A stretch of 64,000 nucleotides of DNA from a virus. Shown here piece after piece: positions 46,773 to 55,849 of this stretch. Both the position numbers and the translations under genes were made by a program. How positions within the stretch are numbered: the first letter of the stretch is position 1; every line of letters begins with the position of its first letter. A model generated the notes under the pieces. It was given only the letters and a program-made list of their open reading frames with translations. It did no database searches and was not told the DNA's origin. The stretch spans positions 64,001 to 128,000 of the IMG/VR virus record IMGVR_UViG_3300044611_002466. One strand, given 5' to 3'.

Positions 46773-47387
46773 CTACTGCGGGAACGAGAACGGCTCCGAG
46801 ATGGCAGGCGGGATGGGGATGTGCTGACGGATGATGTTTGCAATCTCGTCGAGGTCTATGTGCTTCTCCTGGCGCATGTACATGCGGTCAGAGTACCCCG
46901 CATTGTGGACGAGATCGGAGAGGCGCGTCTGTTGGTTGCCGTCGAGCGGTCTCGGAGTCTGATAGTACCGCTTATCGACGAGCAGTATCCCATACTGGAT
47001 CCACCGCGGATACATCCGCCATTTACCCGTGCCGCCGGTGAATCCAAACTCGATCCAAAGCTCAGAGCGTGCACTGTCGTTGGAGAAGTGCGGGTCGATA
47101 GCGGCCCAGCGCTCCAGGAACCTCGCCACCTTTTCCTCCTCGACGTCATTCCTGATGTTGAGCAGGCGGATGATGTCCGATGCGATTCGCACGAGGGGGA
47201 TGAGGTCCATCGGCTTGCAGAGCCACGCGATTGCCCATGCCATCCAGTCGCCGCGCGAACAGGCATCCCACGCCTCTACGAGAGTGTCGTACTCGTTGCT
47301 CTTCACCCACTCGAAGGCCTCGTCGCACGCTCCTGCACGCCGAATAGATTCCAGAAGATTGGCATGTTCAGGGATTGTTGCACTCAT
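46773..47387 (-). CDS. Hypothetical protein
   Basis: AC.EA.EW...AW..C.RGDWM motif; lower GC. Confidence 0.6.
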   Translation of the reverse strand: MSATIPEHANLLESIRRAGACDEAFEWVKSNEYDTLVEAWDACSRGDWMAWAIAWLCKPMDLIPLVRIASDIIRLLNIRNDVEEEKVARFLERWAAIDPHFSNDSARSELWIEFGFTGGTGKWRMYPRWIQYGILLVDKRYYQTPRPLDGNQQTRLSDLVHNAGYSDRMYMRQEKHIDLDEIANIIRQHIPIPPAISEPFSFPQ

Positions 47388-47698
47388 ACGTTGCTCCTGG
47401 CCTTCCAGCGCTTCCAGCTCTCGCAGAGCGCCGGGATGTAACAGTGGTACATGGACTGCCTGGGGCCGTTGATGGCCGCCAAGCTCTCATCCCAGCAGCG
47501 GTCGGACAGCGTCATGGACGCGTAGTCCGGTCCGTTGTTGCCGAAGCGTGCGATGCAACAGGTGTGCGGCCCCTCGTCGGTGACGAGGCTATCCGCACAC
47601 CTGTAGTGGTCGAGAATCCGCCCATCGCTCTCCGACTGGCCGAGGTACACGCAGGCCTCGCAGTCGTGGGTGTAGGCGGGAAGCTGTTCTACCGCCAT
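47384..47698 (-). CDS. Hypothetical protein
   Basis: HDC..CVYLG...ARFG..GPDY.S. Confidence 0.6.
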   Translation of the reverse strand: MAVEQLPAYTHDCEACVYLGQSESDGRILDHYRCADSLVTDEGPHTCCIARFGNNGPDYASMTLSDRCWDESLAAINGPRQSMYHCYIPALCESWKRWKARSNV

Positions 47699-48039
47699 TC
47701 GATGTGCGCTCCCGCAGCCATCAGCCGCTGCACGACCAAGTTGGTCAGGTGGTACTTCCCGAGGCAGAAGGGCAGGGGGTTGTCCTCCACCATGGCCTTG
47801 ATTTGCGTCAGTCCTTCCTCAGGGCGGAGCTCTCGGAGCAGAGCGATGGCCTCCACTTTGCCGACCATGTAGCGGCGAGAGTTCGGCAGGGGCAGGCGGT
47901 GGTGCACGTTGGGGGGCAGCGCCAGAAGCCACAGCTCCATCCGAGGGTCCGTCTCGTTCAGTAGGGAGAGCACTTCGGTCCGCAGGTTGTTCAGTCCCGC
48001 CAAGAGCTCCTGGAGCTTCTTCTTCTGCTCATCGGTCAT
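47689..48039 (-). CDS. Hypothetical protein, possible ribosomal L7/L12 C-terminal-like segment
   Basis: KVEAIALLREL...GL.QIK.MVE; weak resemblance only. Confidence 0.45.
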   Translation of the reverse strand: MTDEQKKKLQELLAGLNNLRTEVLSLLNETDPRMELWLLALPPNVHHRLPLPNSRRYMVGKVEAIALLRELRPEEGLTQIKAMVEDNPLPFCLGKYHLTNLVVQRLMAAGAHIEWR

Positions 48040-48061
48040 GATGTCATTTACCTCCGCACTT

Positions 48062-48112
48062 CTTATGTCCAAAACGACGCAGAGCTAAAGAAACAGGGCC
48101 CGAAGTGCCCTG
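48062..48112 (-). promoter_or_regulatory. Terminator + TTTAGC + GNCATAAG unit
   Basis: CTTATG 48062, CTAAA 48085, CAGGG(C)/CCCTG hairpin. Confidence 0.65.
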
Positions 48113-48139
48113 CCTCCCCGAAGACCAGCGGCGGGTCCT

Positions 48140-48826
48140 CTACTCCTTGGGAGGGTGCTTGATGAAGCGCGCCTCGAGCACATGGGCGGTGCGGAACTCT
48201 CCCTCCGTGCGTGGGAGCAGGAAGCGCGGGGTGCCGCCCTCGGTCTCTTCGTCGAGGAGCCGCAGGATGGTCTCCAGGTCCCGACCCTGGATGACCTGAG
48301 CGGGGTCGACCCCTGCCCATAGGGGAACTCCGTTGGCGCCACCCATGTCGAACATGCCCACTCGAGGGGCACTGGACTCCACTCCCACTGCGAACACGTA
48401 GCGCCGCCCTCGCCAGTTCGGGTCTCCTCCGCTGAAGAGCACCTCCATGATCGCGTCCTTGCGGGTGACCATGAGGCTGTCCGGGCCCCTCGAGTGGTGA
48501 GTCCGCCAGCGTCCCTTCACCATCTCGCGCCAGCCGTCGCCGGGCATGATGAATCCGCAGCCCCCCTTATTCGTGCGACCCCGGGTGTTCACGCGTACGG
48601 CCACCCCCTTGGTCTGTGGTTTGCTCAGAGAGAAGGCGTCGATGTGCATGTACGCCTCTCCCTCGTCAACGAGCTCCCCCAGGAGCCCTCCTGCGGAGTA
48701 GTTGCAGATCCGAATCTCGGTACCACCAGCCGTTCCCGCGTCGCCGAATGTCGACGTGCGCTGAACGAGGTCATCCACCGGGACGCCCGTGGTGATGCCG
48801 TACGGCTCAGCCGTGTAGAAGTGCAT
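48140..48826 (-). CDS. Hypothetical protein
   Basis: GGAGG RBS. Confidence 0.6.
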   Translation of the reverse strand: MHFYTAEPYGITTGVPVDDLVQRTSTFGDAGTAGGTEIRICNYSAGGLLGELVDEGEAYMHIDAFSLSKPQTKGVAVRVNTRGRTNKGGCGFIMPGDGWREMVKGRWRTHHSRGPDSLMVTRKDAIMEVLFSGGDPNWRGRRYVFAVGVESSAPRVGMFDMGGANGVPLWAGVDPAQVIQGRDLETILRLLDEETEGGTPRFLLPRTEGEFRTAHVLEARFIKHPPKE

Positions 48827-48869
48827 TTCGCCTCCAGATAGTGGAAGGCCTCGCTGACACGCAGAGCCC

Positions 48870-49184
48870 CTATGGCCTGCGCTCCGCGGCGACCTTGTCG
48901 TAGTACCGTTCCTTGCAGCGCAGGGCCTTCTGCGCCCGCCCCAGCAGCGCCTCGAGCCCGGCCTCGTCGAGTTCAGGGGGACAGCTCGAGGAGCGGTGGA
49001 CGATGCCCCTCCAGATACCCCAGTGGGGCGGCCTGGTGACTTCACCTGCCCGCGCCTTCCACTGCCCCGTCGCGTTGACTGTGAAGGCGACCAGCCCGTG
49101 GTCGAAGGCGATCACCTCGAACCCACCCTCCCGATACGTGGGCCGCTTGGTGCCCTCGATGATAGCGCCCGTTGGAGTCGTCAT
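48870..49184 (-). CDS. Hypothetical protein
   Basis: ATGA overlap. Confidence 0.5.
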   Translation of the reverse strand: MTTPTGAIIEGTKRPTYREGGFEVIAFDHGLVAFTVNATGQWKARAGEVTRPPHWGIWRGIVHRSSSCPPELDEAGLEALLGRAQKALRCKERYYDKVAAERRP

Positions 49185-49507
49185 ACCGGGTCTCGTCCCC
49201 AGGCCTCGAGCTCGACATGAAGCGAGAGCACCTGCGAGTCGGGCCGTCGGATCCATCCGCGCTTGCTCACCTCGAACCAAGGGACCTGCTCAACTACCCG
49301 CAGATGCTGGGCGCTGACCGCGTGCTGTATGCAGACCAACCCGAGCAAGTCGGGCGTCATGAACATGTCCCCCACCATGGGCACCGTGTCGAAGTCCACC
49401 TGAGTCACGGCGGTGCGCACGTGCCCGAAGTTCTCGAGCTCGCGGGGCCACCTGCGCACCAAGTCCTTTCGTACGTGCATGCTCAACCAGATACTGTTCT
49501 TCAGCAT
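49181..49507 (-). CDS. Hypothetical protein
   Basis: ORF track. Confidence 0.55.
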   Translation of the reverse strand: MLKNSIWLSMHVRKDLVRRWPRELENFGHVRTAVTQVDFDTVPMVGDMFMTPDLLGLVCIQHAVSAQHLRVVEQVPWFEVSKRGWIRRPDSQVLSLHVELEAWGRDPV

Positions 49508-49986
49508 GTCTCTTCTTCCTCCTCCTCTTCCCCCTCTTCATCCCCGTAAGGGGCGGGCGGCGGCTGCCACGTCGCTTCGAGGAGCTCCCGGAGCTTGATC
49601 ATCTCCTTCAGGGCCTTCTCGGTCTGCGCGATGATCTCGTCACTGGCGCGGCCGCAGTCGTAGGGGTCGTTGTTCCGCCCAGTGAAGATTCGCGCATTCT
49701 CTCCCCAGATCTGTCCGACGAGCTTCTTCGCTCCCGCCCGCCTCTTGCGGTCCTCGTCGACTTCACCGATACGGAGGTCGAGGAGACCGTCCGGTGCCGG
49801 CACCCACTCTGGGGACGGCCGGATCGTCCAGACACGTCGGCCGTCTTCTGCAAACAGGCCCCCGCCAACTCGGTAGACAGGAAGACCCTCGAACAGCCGC
49901 CCCTTTCTGGCGAGCTTCGCCACGTCGAAGGTCACGACGTCCCTCACACTTTCCACCTGATATTCTTTTCCTTCTTGGATCTTCAC
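49501..49986 (-). CDS. Hypothetical protein with acidic tail
   Basis: GAGGTGAA RBS downstream of CATAAG. Confidence 0.6.
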   Translation of the reverse strand: MKIQEGKEYQVESVRDVVTFDVAKLARKGRLFEGLPVYRVGGGLFAEDGRRVWTIRPSPEWVPAPDGLLDLRIGEVDEDRKRRAGAKKLVGQIWGENARIFTGRNNDPYDCGRASDEIIAQTEKALKEMIKLRELLEATWQPPPAPYGDEEGEEEEEEETC

Positions 49987-50003
49987 GTTCACCTCTCGAG
50001 GTT

Positions 50004-50071
50004 CTTATGCCCCATTCCATCGCATTTCACGGGGCTAAGAGACAGAGCCCGTCTTGACGACGAGCCCTGTC
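50004..50071 (-). promoter_or_regulatory. Terminator + TTAGCCCC + GNCATAAG unit
   Basis: CTTATG 50004, CTAAG 50035, GACAG/CTGTC hairpin. Confidence 0.65.
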
Positions 50072-50076
50072 AGTAC

Positions 50077-50634
50077 TCACCCCCCGCGAGGAACGGCGTC
50101 GAACTGCACCAGCCTGTGTACGCTGAAGCATCGACCTTCGTGGCCGGGCTCGAGATTGCAGGCCAGGGCGCGCTCGTCATCGACCCCGCAGCAGTACACC
50201 CGCACACGCAGTCCTACCTCGGCGCGTATCGAGACCCGTGCTCCCTCGGGAGTGTTCGCGCGCAGCCACTCACGGAAGGACGCCTCCAGCGCGGCCTCCA
50301 TGTCTTTCGCAGGGACGTCCGCCGCGACCGCAGGACGGCTGTTGAGTTGCCCTTGAAGTCGCTCGACCTCCTCCACCAGAGCCTGCACGTCGTGCGGAGC
50401 GGTGTGAACGTAGCTCGACCACGCCCTGGCCCTGCTGAGCCGAGCCGCCTCTGCGGGGCAGTCCTTCTGGTGCCACCAGGGGTGGCCATAGCGGCAGCCA
50501 CAGGCCACGCAGACGCCTTCCCCCTTGGGCCGCCCAGGCAGCACCCTGAGCTTGGGCTGGCCTTCGTCGAGGTACTCGGAGGGCCCGATGGAGGCCAGCC
50601 GCGCCTTAATCTCGTCGAGGTTGAAGTCAGCCAT
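50077..50634 (-). CDS. Hypothetical protein with Cys/His clusters
   Basis: CVACGC...H..DCP; C.L..GH.G.C. Confidence 0.55.
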   Translation of the reverse strand: MADFNLDEIKARLASIGPSEYLDEGQPKLRVLPGRPKGEGVCVACGCRYGHPWWHQKDCPAEAARLSRARAWSSYVHTAPHDVQALVEEVERLQGQLNSRPAVAADVPAKDMEAALEASFREWLRANTPEGARVSIRAEVGLRVRVYCCGVDDERALACNLEPGHEGRCFSVHRLVQFDAVPRGG

Positions 50635-51077
50635 CAGCTGATTTCGTCGACGAAGAGAGCGACGTCGAGCGCCCCCGGCACGAGCTCCACGCGGGACGTG
50701 CCCTCGGTGATCTCGATGATGTCGACGTACACCACCCCGATCCGCGGGCTCACCGTCCGGACGAAGAGCATGCCGTCGATCTCCTGCGCCCAGAGCGGCA
50801 TGTTCAGTTTGTTCCACATGGGGGCGTCCCCTCCCGCCCAGATCCGGATAGGGAGCTTGCTCGAGCTCTTCGACTCGCCCGGCACCCTGGCGCACATGTT
50901 GAAGCCCCTCGGCATCCCCAGCGCGAGGGTGTGGCGGAAGTCCATCGTCGTCCCGCACACGTGACTGTCGCAGCTGAGGCCATATGCCGTGCTCGGCTTG
51001 TACTCCCCGCAGTCCGTATTGCTGCCGCACACGCAGCCGGGACACACGTACTTCTCAAGAATCGACTTCGCGTCCAT
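50634..51077 (-). CDS. Cys-rich hypothetical protein
   Basis: CPGCVCG...C...C.SHVCG. Confidence 0.6.
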   Translation of the reverse strand: MDAKSILEKYVCPGCVCGSNTDCGEYKPSTAYGLSCDSHVCGTTMDFRHTLALGMPRGFNMCARVPGESKSSSKLPIRIWAGGDAPMWNKLNMPLWAQEIDGMLFVRTVSPRIGVVYVDIIEITEGTSRVELVPGALDVALFVDEIS

Positions 51078-51562
51078 CAGGTCTTCTCCTTGGGTGGCGC
51101 ACTCTGCGCCTGTTGTTGTATTCGGGCTTGCTCGCGGAACTCCTCTGTGGTGAAGAGGTAGTACCCGTTGTGGACCAGCACGTTCGGGGTCGACCCCCAG
51201 GTGGCTGGGATCCAGTCTTCGCGCGGGTCGAGGCGACCGGCGTCAAACTCGCGGTCTTGGTAAGAGGCGCACGACTCGCCCACTTCACGCACCACAAGCT
51301 CGCCAAGGACGTTGACGATCTCGTAGATCATGCCCGCCTTCAGCAGGCCCTGGACGTTCTTGCCCAGGATGAGCTGACCGTCCGAGCGCACGGCCAGGCG
51401 CGCGACCGCAGCCTCTTGGCCCTTGGCCGGGGCGCGCTGACTCCCTCCACACGCCGGGCAGGTCTCCCAGCCGCGGCCCCAGCCGATGAACACCATGCCG
51501 GCTGGATGGTTGACCTCACCCGCCCTCGGTGCACAGCTCTGACACTGCCCTTTGTCCTTCAT
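51077..51562 (-). CDS. Hypothetical protein with CxxC pairs
   Basis: CQSC...CPACGG. Confidence 0.55.
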   Translation of the reverse strand: MKDKGQCQSCAPRAGEVNHPAGMVFIGWGRGWETCPACGGSQRAPAKGQEAAVARLAVRSDGQLILGKNVQGLLKAGMIYEIVNVLGELVVREVGESCASYQDREFDAGRLDPREDWIPATWGSTPNVLVHNGYYLFTTEEFREQARIQQQAQSAPPKEKT

Positions 51563-51572
51563 AGTGACCCCC

Positions 51573-51929
51573 TCAATACATGATCTGGCGCCAAGCGCGC
51601 TCGGCCGTGAGACGGGAGAGCGCGTCCTTCTGGTGTTCATGGTGCAGCGCCTTCACCGCATTGGCCCGCGCCACCTCCCAGGTCTGGCTGAACAGCTCCT
51701 TGCCGTGCATCCTGAGCAGGGCACGGCTGTTCTCGGGCGTGGCGATCTCGGGAGGCAGCTCCGCCTTCGCGAGCAGCTGCATGACGGCCTCTCGAGCCGA
51801 ACTCGGGTCTACGACCTCTCCGTGGTTCTCGTAGTGTGCGGCGATCAGACGAATCACTGCCCACCCCGCCATCACGCCCACGAACCGCTCGAAGGTCTTG
51901 ACATCCCGCAGGATCTCTTCGTTCATCAT
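51573..51929 (-). CDS. Hypothetical protein
   Basis: ATGA overlap. Confidence 0.6.
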   Translation of the reverse strand: MMNEEILRDVKTFERFVGVMAGWAVIRLIAAHYENHGEVVDPSSAREAVMQLLAKAELPPEIATPENSRALLRMHGKELFSQTWEVARANAVKALHHEHQKDALSRLTAERAWRQIMY

Positions 51930-52189
51930 CGTACCGCCTCGAACGTGCCTTTCACTCGGTGGACCTGTATGGTACGCGACAGCAGATGCACCTTGCCGTT
52001 GTCGATACTGACGACGAGCCGCAGCTCCTTGGTGATGATGTCGTTGAGGCCCTTCACGCTCTCCGGGTTCAACGGCATGTAGATCCGGTTTGCTTCCTCG
52101 CGTACATTCACATGCTGCAGCCTAAACGTGTCTCCATCGTCAAGATCGCTGAGCAGGAGTCCGGGGTTTGTCTTGAAGGTGACGTCCAT
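51926..52189 (-). CDS. Hypothetical protein
   Basis: GGAAGG RBS. Confidence 0.55.
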   Translation of the reverse strand: MDVTFKTNPGLLLSDLDDGDTFRLQHVNVREEANRIYMPLNPESVKGLNDIITKELRLVVSIDNGKVHLLSRTIQVHRVKGTFEAVR

Positions 52190-52431
52190 TAGTCCTTCCT
52201 CTTGGTGGTCTTCTCTTCGGTCTCGGCCCACAGCTCCTCGAGCTTGTGGCGCAGGGGGATGTCACAGCCCTTGTTCATGGGCTCGATCTTCATGATGAGG
52301 CCATCGCCTCGGGAGGGGACGAGCACACCTCTGGCGATGAAGCCGTAGTTCTCTTCCTTCAGGTACTTGCGGAGGTTCGAGTCCTCGATGATCAAGTACT
52401 TCGGCCCCTCTTCTCCGCTTTCGTCCGTCAT
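52189..52431 (-). CDS. Hypothetical protein
   Basis: ATGA overlap. Confidence 0.5.
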   Translation of the reverse strand: MTDESGEEGPKYLIIEDSNLRKYLKEENYGFIARGVLVPSRGDGLIMKIEPMNKGCDIPLRHKLEELWAETEEKTTKRKD

Positions 52432-52733
52432 GACGACACCCCCGCAGCTTCGCACAGAGCGTCCCAGCTGGCGTCGAACATGTGACTCGCGTCCAGGCGG
52501 CGGTACGCCTGGCGCATCTTGCTCTCGTTGGGAGCGTACATCTTGCGCGCCTGCTCGTCTGTGGCGAGCACGAACTGTGCGCAGGAACAGCTGGCGTTCA
52601 GGCACTGTCGCTCAGTCTGCGGACTCGGCATGTTCTTGATGTGATCGACGTACGCGTGCCCGCAGGCACACATCGACACGCCCATAGGAGCGCCGTTGTC
52701 CGCGATGGGGTTCCTCTTCAGCTTCGGCATCAC
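52428..52733 (-). CDS. Small Cys-motif protein
   Basis: C.CGH...H....C....C.C..F; GGAGGTGAA RBS. Confidence 0.6.
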   Translation of the reverse strand: MMPKLKRNPIADNGAPMGVSMCACGHAYVDHIKNMPSPQTERQCLNASCSCAQFVLATDEQARKMYAPNESKMRQAYRRLDASHMFDASWDALCEAAGVSS

Positions 52734-52748
52734 TTCACCTCCGTGATG

Positions 52749-52802
52749 CTTATGACCGTGAGTTTCACAGGGTTAATGAACAGAGCCCGCCACGGGTTGT
52801 TC
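52749..52802 (-). promoter_or_regulatory. Terminator + GNCATAAG unit
   Basis: CTTATG 52749; GAACA...CCCG/CGGG..TGTTC hairpin. Confidence 0.6.
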
Positions 52803-52808
52803 AAGCAC

Positions 52809-53357
52809 TCAGCCCTTCTTCGCCGTCCGCGCGTGGTTCTCCACGTGCGCGTGGAAGCAGCGGGCGTGCTCTTCTTGCATGAACAGGGCCCAGGAGACCT
52901 TCATCCCGCGGTCGTCCGTTCCTCCTCTGCTCTGCTTCGAGTAGGCCCACCATCCGTCGGTGGGCCGTGGCCGCATGTCATCCCCCGCGCCCAGCCGCTG
53001 CCGAAGGTAGAGGGGCTCGCAGAAGCGGTAGAGCGGGTGCTCCTTCAGCTGGTCCTCGATGAGGTCCTCGGCCTCCCGCCGCTGGTCGGGCATCCCCACG
53101 TACCAGAGCTCCTGGACGATCTTGCTCTCCGCCGGCAGAGAGATCTTGTCCACGATCAGGTTCTCGAGCTCCCGGGCAAGCGCGTCCATCTGAGCGCCGA
53201 CCGTGCCGAACTCGAACTCCGCAGCACCCATCCACTCGATCTCGAAGTTCTGCCCGAGTCGGCCCTTGTAGCGGTTGTCCGGCTCCTCGCGCCACGTCAG
53301 GCGCTGTACCAAGTAGGGCCGTGCAGTCGTTGTCGTCATCGCAGCTCCCATGCTCAT
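52809..53357 (-). CDS. Conserved-type phage hypothetical protein
   Basis: PYLVQR...MGAAEFEFG motif. Confidence 0.6.
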   Translation of the reverse strand: MSMGAAMTTTTARPYLVQRLTWREEPDNRYKGRLGQNFEIEWMGAAEFEFGTVGAQMDALARELENLIVDKISLPAESKIVQELWYVGMPDQRREAEDLIEDQLKEHPLYRFCEPLYLRQRLGAGDDMRPRPTDGWWAYSKQSRGGTDDRGMKVSWALFMQEEHARCFHAHVENHARTAKKG

Positions 53358-53396
53358 GAAGAGGCCACTATGGCCTCGTTGTTGAAGTCGAAGGCG

Positions 53397-53723
53397 TTAC
53401 TGCTCTTCAAGGACGATGCCGAGGTCTTCTCCGCACAGCGCGGCTACCTCAGCAACCGCGGCCCACCAGCACGCACGATCTTCGTCGTCTTGCTCAGTCG
53501 GTTTGAGCCAATACCGCGCCCAGTCCGGCATGGCCTTTTCGTGCGGAGTGGGCATCCGTATGCGCCCGTAACCATCGGCATCTTCTCGCCGACCACACTC
53601 CTTGCACTTCGCGTAGAACTCGATGTTGTAGCCGAACGTGGCGTGGTCGTCGGCATACTGCTCACTGCCCTGCTCCCACACACCGCTGCACTCCACAGTG
53701 CGAAACCCGACGTGCCTGGTCAT
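53397..53723 (-). CDS. Hypothetical protein
   Basis: ORF track. Confidence 0.55.
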   Translation of the reverse strand: MTRHVGFRTVECSGVWEQGSEQYADDHATFGYNIEFYAKCKECGRREDADGYGRIRMPTPHEKAMPDWARYWLKPTEQDDEDRACWWAAVAEVAALCGEDLGIVLEEQ

Positions 53724-53729
53724 CTCGCC

Positions 53730-54041
53730 CTACCAGACGTGCACGTGGTACCAGCGCTCCTCGCGCTTACCGTTGGCGAAGGTGATGTGACAGCGCTGCA
53801 CCACCTTCGGCTTCCACAACCGTCCTTCCTGGGTCAAACGACGAAGAAGCTCGAGCATGTGCATGCCGCGCGTCTCGCTAAGACGAGGCTCATCGTGCTT
53901 CCCGAACTGCGCGCGCTCCTCCTCTGACAGCAGATGCAGAACGTCGCCGCCCGACATGCCTCCATCAGAGTGCTTGCGCTCGCCGTGTTGAACGAGGAAC
54001 AAGACACGCTCTTCCATGCCACTCTCGATACCACCCATCAT
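53730..54041 (-). CDS. Hypothetical protein (possible winged helix)
   Basis: GAGGTGAA RBS; LL.RL..EG.L pattern. Confidence 0.5.
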   Translation of the reverse strand: MMGGIESGMEERVLFLVQHGERKHSDGGMSGGDVLHLLSEEERAQFGKHDEPRLSETRGMHMLELLRRLTQEGRLWKPKVVQRCHITFANGKREERWYHVHVW

Positions 54042-54063
54042 TCACCTCGGTTGTTGGGGACGA

Positions 54064-54270
54064 TCATGCCTGTCGGCTGAGATTCTCCACTCGTATCCGA
54101 AACGCGCAGTGCTCACAGGGCTCCACGTCTGGATGGCCCAGCAGCTTTGCGCAGTACCACTCTGGCGTGGGTCGGATGTCTGCCGCAGAAGAGCTGCAGT
54201 TCCCAGGTGGCGGAAGATGCACCCGGATGTGCATGTCGATGGAGCGAGAACCGCGCCGGTCAACGCCCAT
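54064..54270 (-). CDS. Small Cys/His protein
   Basis: Overlaps the sigma-like stop; C...H....C.HC. Confidence 0.4.
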   Translation of the reverse strand: MGVDRRGSRSIDMHIRVHLPPPGNCSSSAADIRPTPEWYCAKLLGHPDVEPCEHCAFRIRVENLSRQA

Positions 54271-55321
54271 CGGGCTTTCGCGGCAGCACGAAGCCACGGT
54301 TGCCGAGTCCCTCCCAGCCCATGGGAACGCCATTGGCGTCGAACCACGTCCTCGTCTCATGCGGGAAGAGTCCGTTGTTGTACTCGTGGGTTCCTTCCGG
54401 CCACGTCTGCCGGCACACATGCGCGAGCATGCCGAAGGGATGGGCGTCGGTGATCAGGACACGCTCCCGACCACTCTCGTTCACCCGCTTGTTGTAGATG
54501 TCCACGACCTCGTTTCTGAGGAACAGCTCGAACGTGAGGGCTCGTGCCGCAACGCGTCTGAGCCACTCGATCGTTTGCGGTCCCTGCACCCGCGGCCACT
54601 TGGTCTTCGCGGAGTCTCCCTCCCCACGCACCCACTGCGTCCAGTACTCGACCATCGCATCCACCGCATCCTTGCGCGTCCACACGTCGGTGGACATGAC
54701 GTTGAACACAGCGGCGACTTCACCACGTGGCACACGCGTGGGCGGGTCCAGCTCCTCGGCGGCTCGCAGCTTGTGCCGAATATCCATCTTGCAGCGCGAC
54801 ACGGTCGACGCTTGGATCTTCAGCAGCTCGGCGAGTCGCTGCGTGCACCCGCGCCCTGACAGGACCTCGTTGACGATGGTGCGCTCGACTTCGTCCAACT
54901 CGGGGAGGATTCGAGCCAGCCGCATCCCGATGTTCGTGTAGCCGCCTGAGCGCAGCGCCTCGTGCTCCCACAAGAGCGCCGTATCCGGAGCGTTCTTGAT
55001 GACGAAGCGGCGCAGCCCCCGCAGCTGCATGTGGATGTGCGTCCACAGCGTGCTGCGCCCAGGCACCCACGTCTCACACGCCACGTGAACCAGCTGCCAC
55101 GCGTACATGTTCAGACTGCTCTCTTCCACCCTGCTCGCCTTGTACTTTTCGATCTCCGCACCAACTCGCGCGGAGAAGTGCTCGACCAGCGCATCGGACA
55201 GCCCATCCTTCGTCACACTCCACACCCCCCAGACCGCAGCGTCATGCACATGCGCCAGAACGCGCGCCTTCTCTTCTTCCACTTCCATCTCTTCCACGAC
55301 CTGCTCTGACGACTGATACAT
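54260..55321 (-). CDS. Sigma-70-like transcription factor with C-terminal extension
   Basis: Region 2-like VACETWVPGRSTLWTHIHMQLRGLRRFV; region 4-like HTH LDEVERTIV...LAELLKIQASTVSR. Confidence 0.6.
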   Translation of the reverse strand: MYQSSEQVVEEMEVEEEKARVLAHVHDAAVWGVWSVTKDGLSDALVEHFSARVGAEIEKYKASRVEESSLNMYAWQLVHVACETWVPGRSTLWTHIHMQLRGLRRFVIKNAPDTALLWEHEALRSGGYTNIGMRLARILPELDEVERTIVNEVLSGRGCTQRLAELLKIQASTVSRCKMDIRHKLRAAEELDPPTRVPRGEVAAVFNVMSTDVWTRKDAVDAMVEYWTQWVRGEGDSAKTKWPRVQGPQTIEWLRRVAARALTFELFLRNEVVDIYNKRVNESGRERVLITDAHPFGMLAHVCRQTWPEGTHEYNNGLFPHETRTWFDANGVPMGWEGLGNRGFVLPRKPDGR

Positions 55322-55337
55322 CTTCACCTCCGTCACC

Positions 55338-55392
55338 CTTATGACGTGCATTCCTTGGAGCTAAGAACAGGGCCCCCTGTGAGGGGGATGTT
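55338..55392 (-). promoter_or_regulatory. Terminator + TTAGC + GNCATAAG unit upstream of the sigma-like gene
   Basis: CTTATG 55338, CTAAG 55361, CCCCCT/AGGGGG hairpin. Confidence 0.65.
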
Positions 55393-55409
55393 CTTGCGTC
55401 ACGTAGGTC

Positions 55410-55712
55410 TCATTCTGCGTACAGCGAAAACACCCAGAGTCCGCCTTCATCGTCTTCGTGATACCGCCACTCCACGATGTCACAGCGCAGCACCAGAGTG
55501 CATTTCTGCGCAAACAGCTCGACCAACTCGTCGGTGGTCCAGTCCCCGCGCTCTCCATCCACGGTCCAATACGCGGCGTCGAGCTCTCCCTCTTCATCGT
55601 AGGTGGTGAAGTTGGAGAACTTTCCCATGTTCAGACGTTTGTTGACCAACGGGTACAGGTCGTTATCGTTGGAGAGCTTGGCCTTGCTGTCATCCGAAAA
55701 TACAACCAACAT
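55410..55712 (-). CDS. Acidic hypothetical protein
   Basis: GAGGTGAA RBS downstream of CATAAG 55731. Confidence 0.6.
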   Translation of the reverse strand: MLVVFSDDSKAKLSNDNDLYPLVNKRLNMGKFSNFTTYDEEGELDAAYWTVDGERGDWTTDELVELFAQKCTLVLRCDIVEWRYHEDDEGGLWVFSLYAE

Positions 55713-55730
55713 GATGTTCACCTCAATCTC

Positions 55731-55738
55731 CTTATGAC
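55731..55738 (-). promoter_or_regulatory. GNCATAAG putative phage promoter
   Basis: CTTATGAC. Confidence 0.6.
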
Positions 55739-55849
55739 CAACTACATCGACAAGTTCCGCAACAGCCGTAGTAGCAACGAATCGCCCAAGTCCTCGAAGC
55801 ACATGTACCCCCAGAGGGAGCAACCCATACCTGTGCAGGGAGTGTGCTG

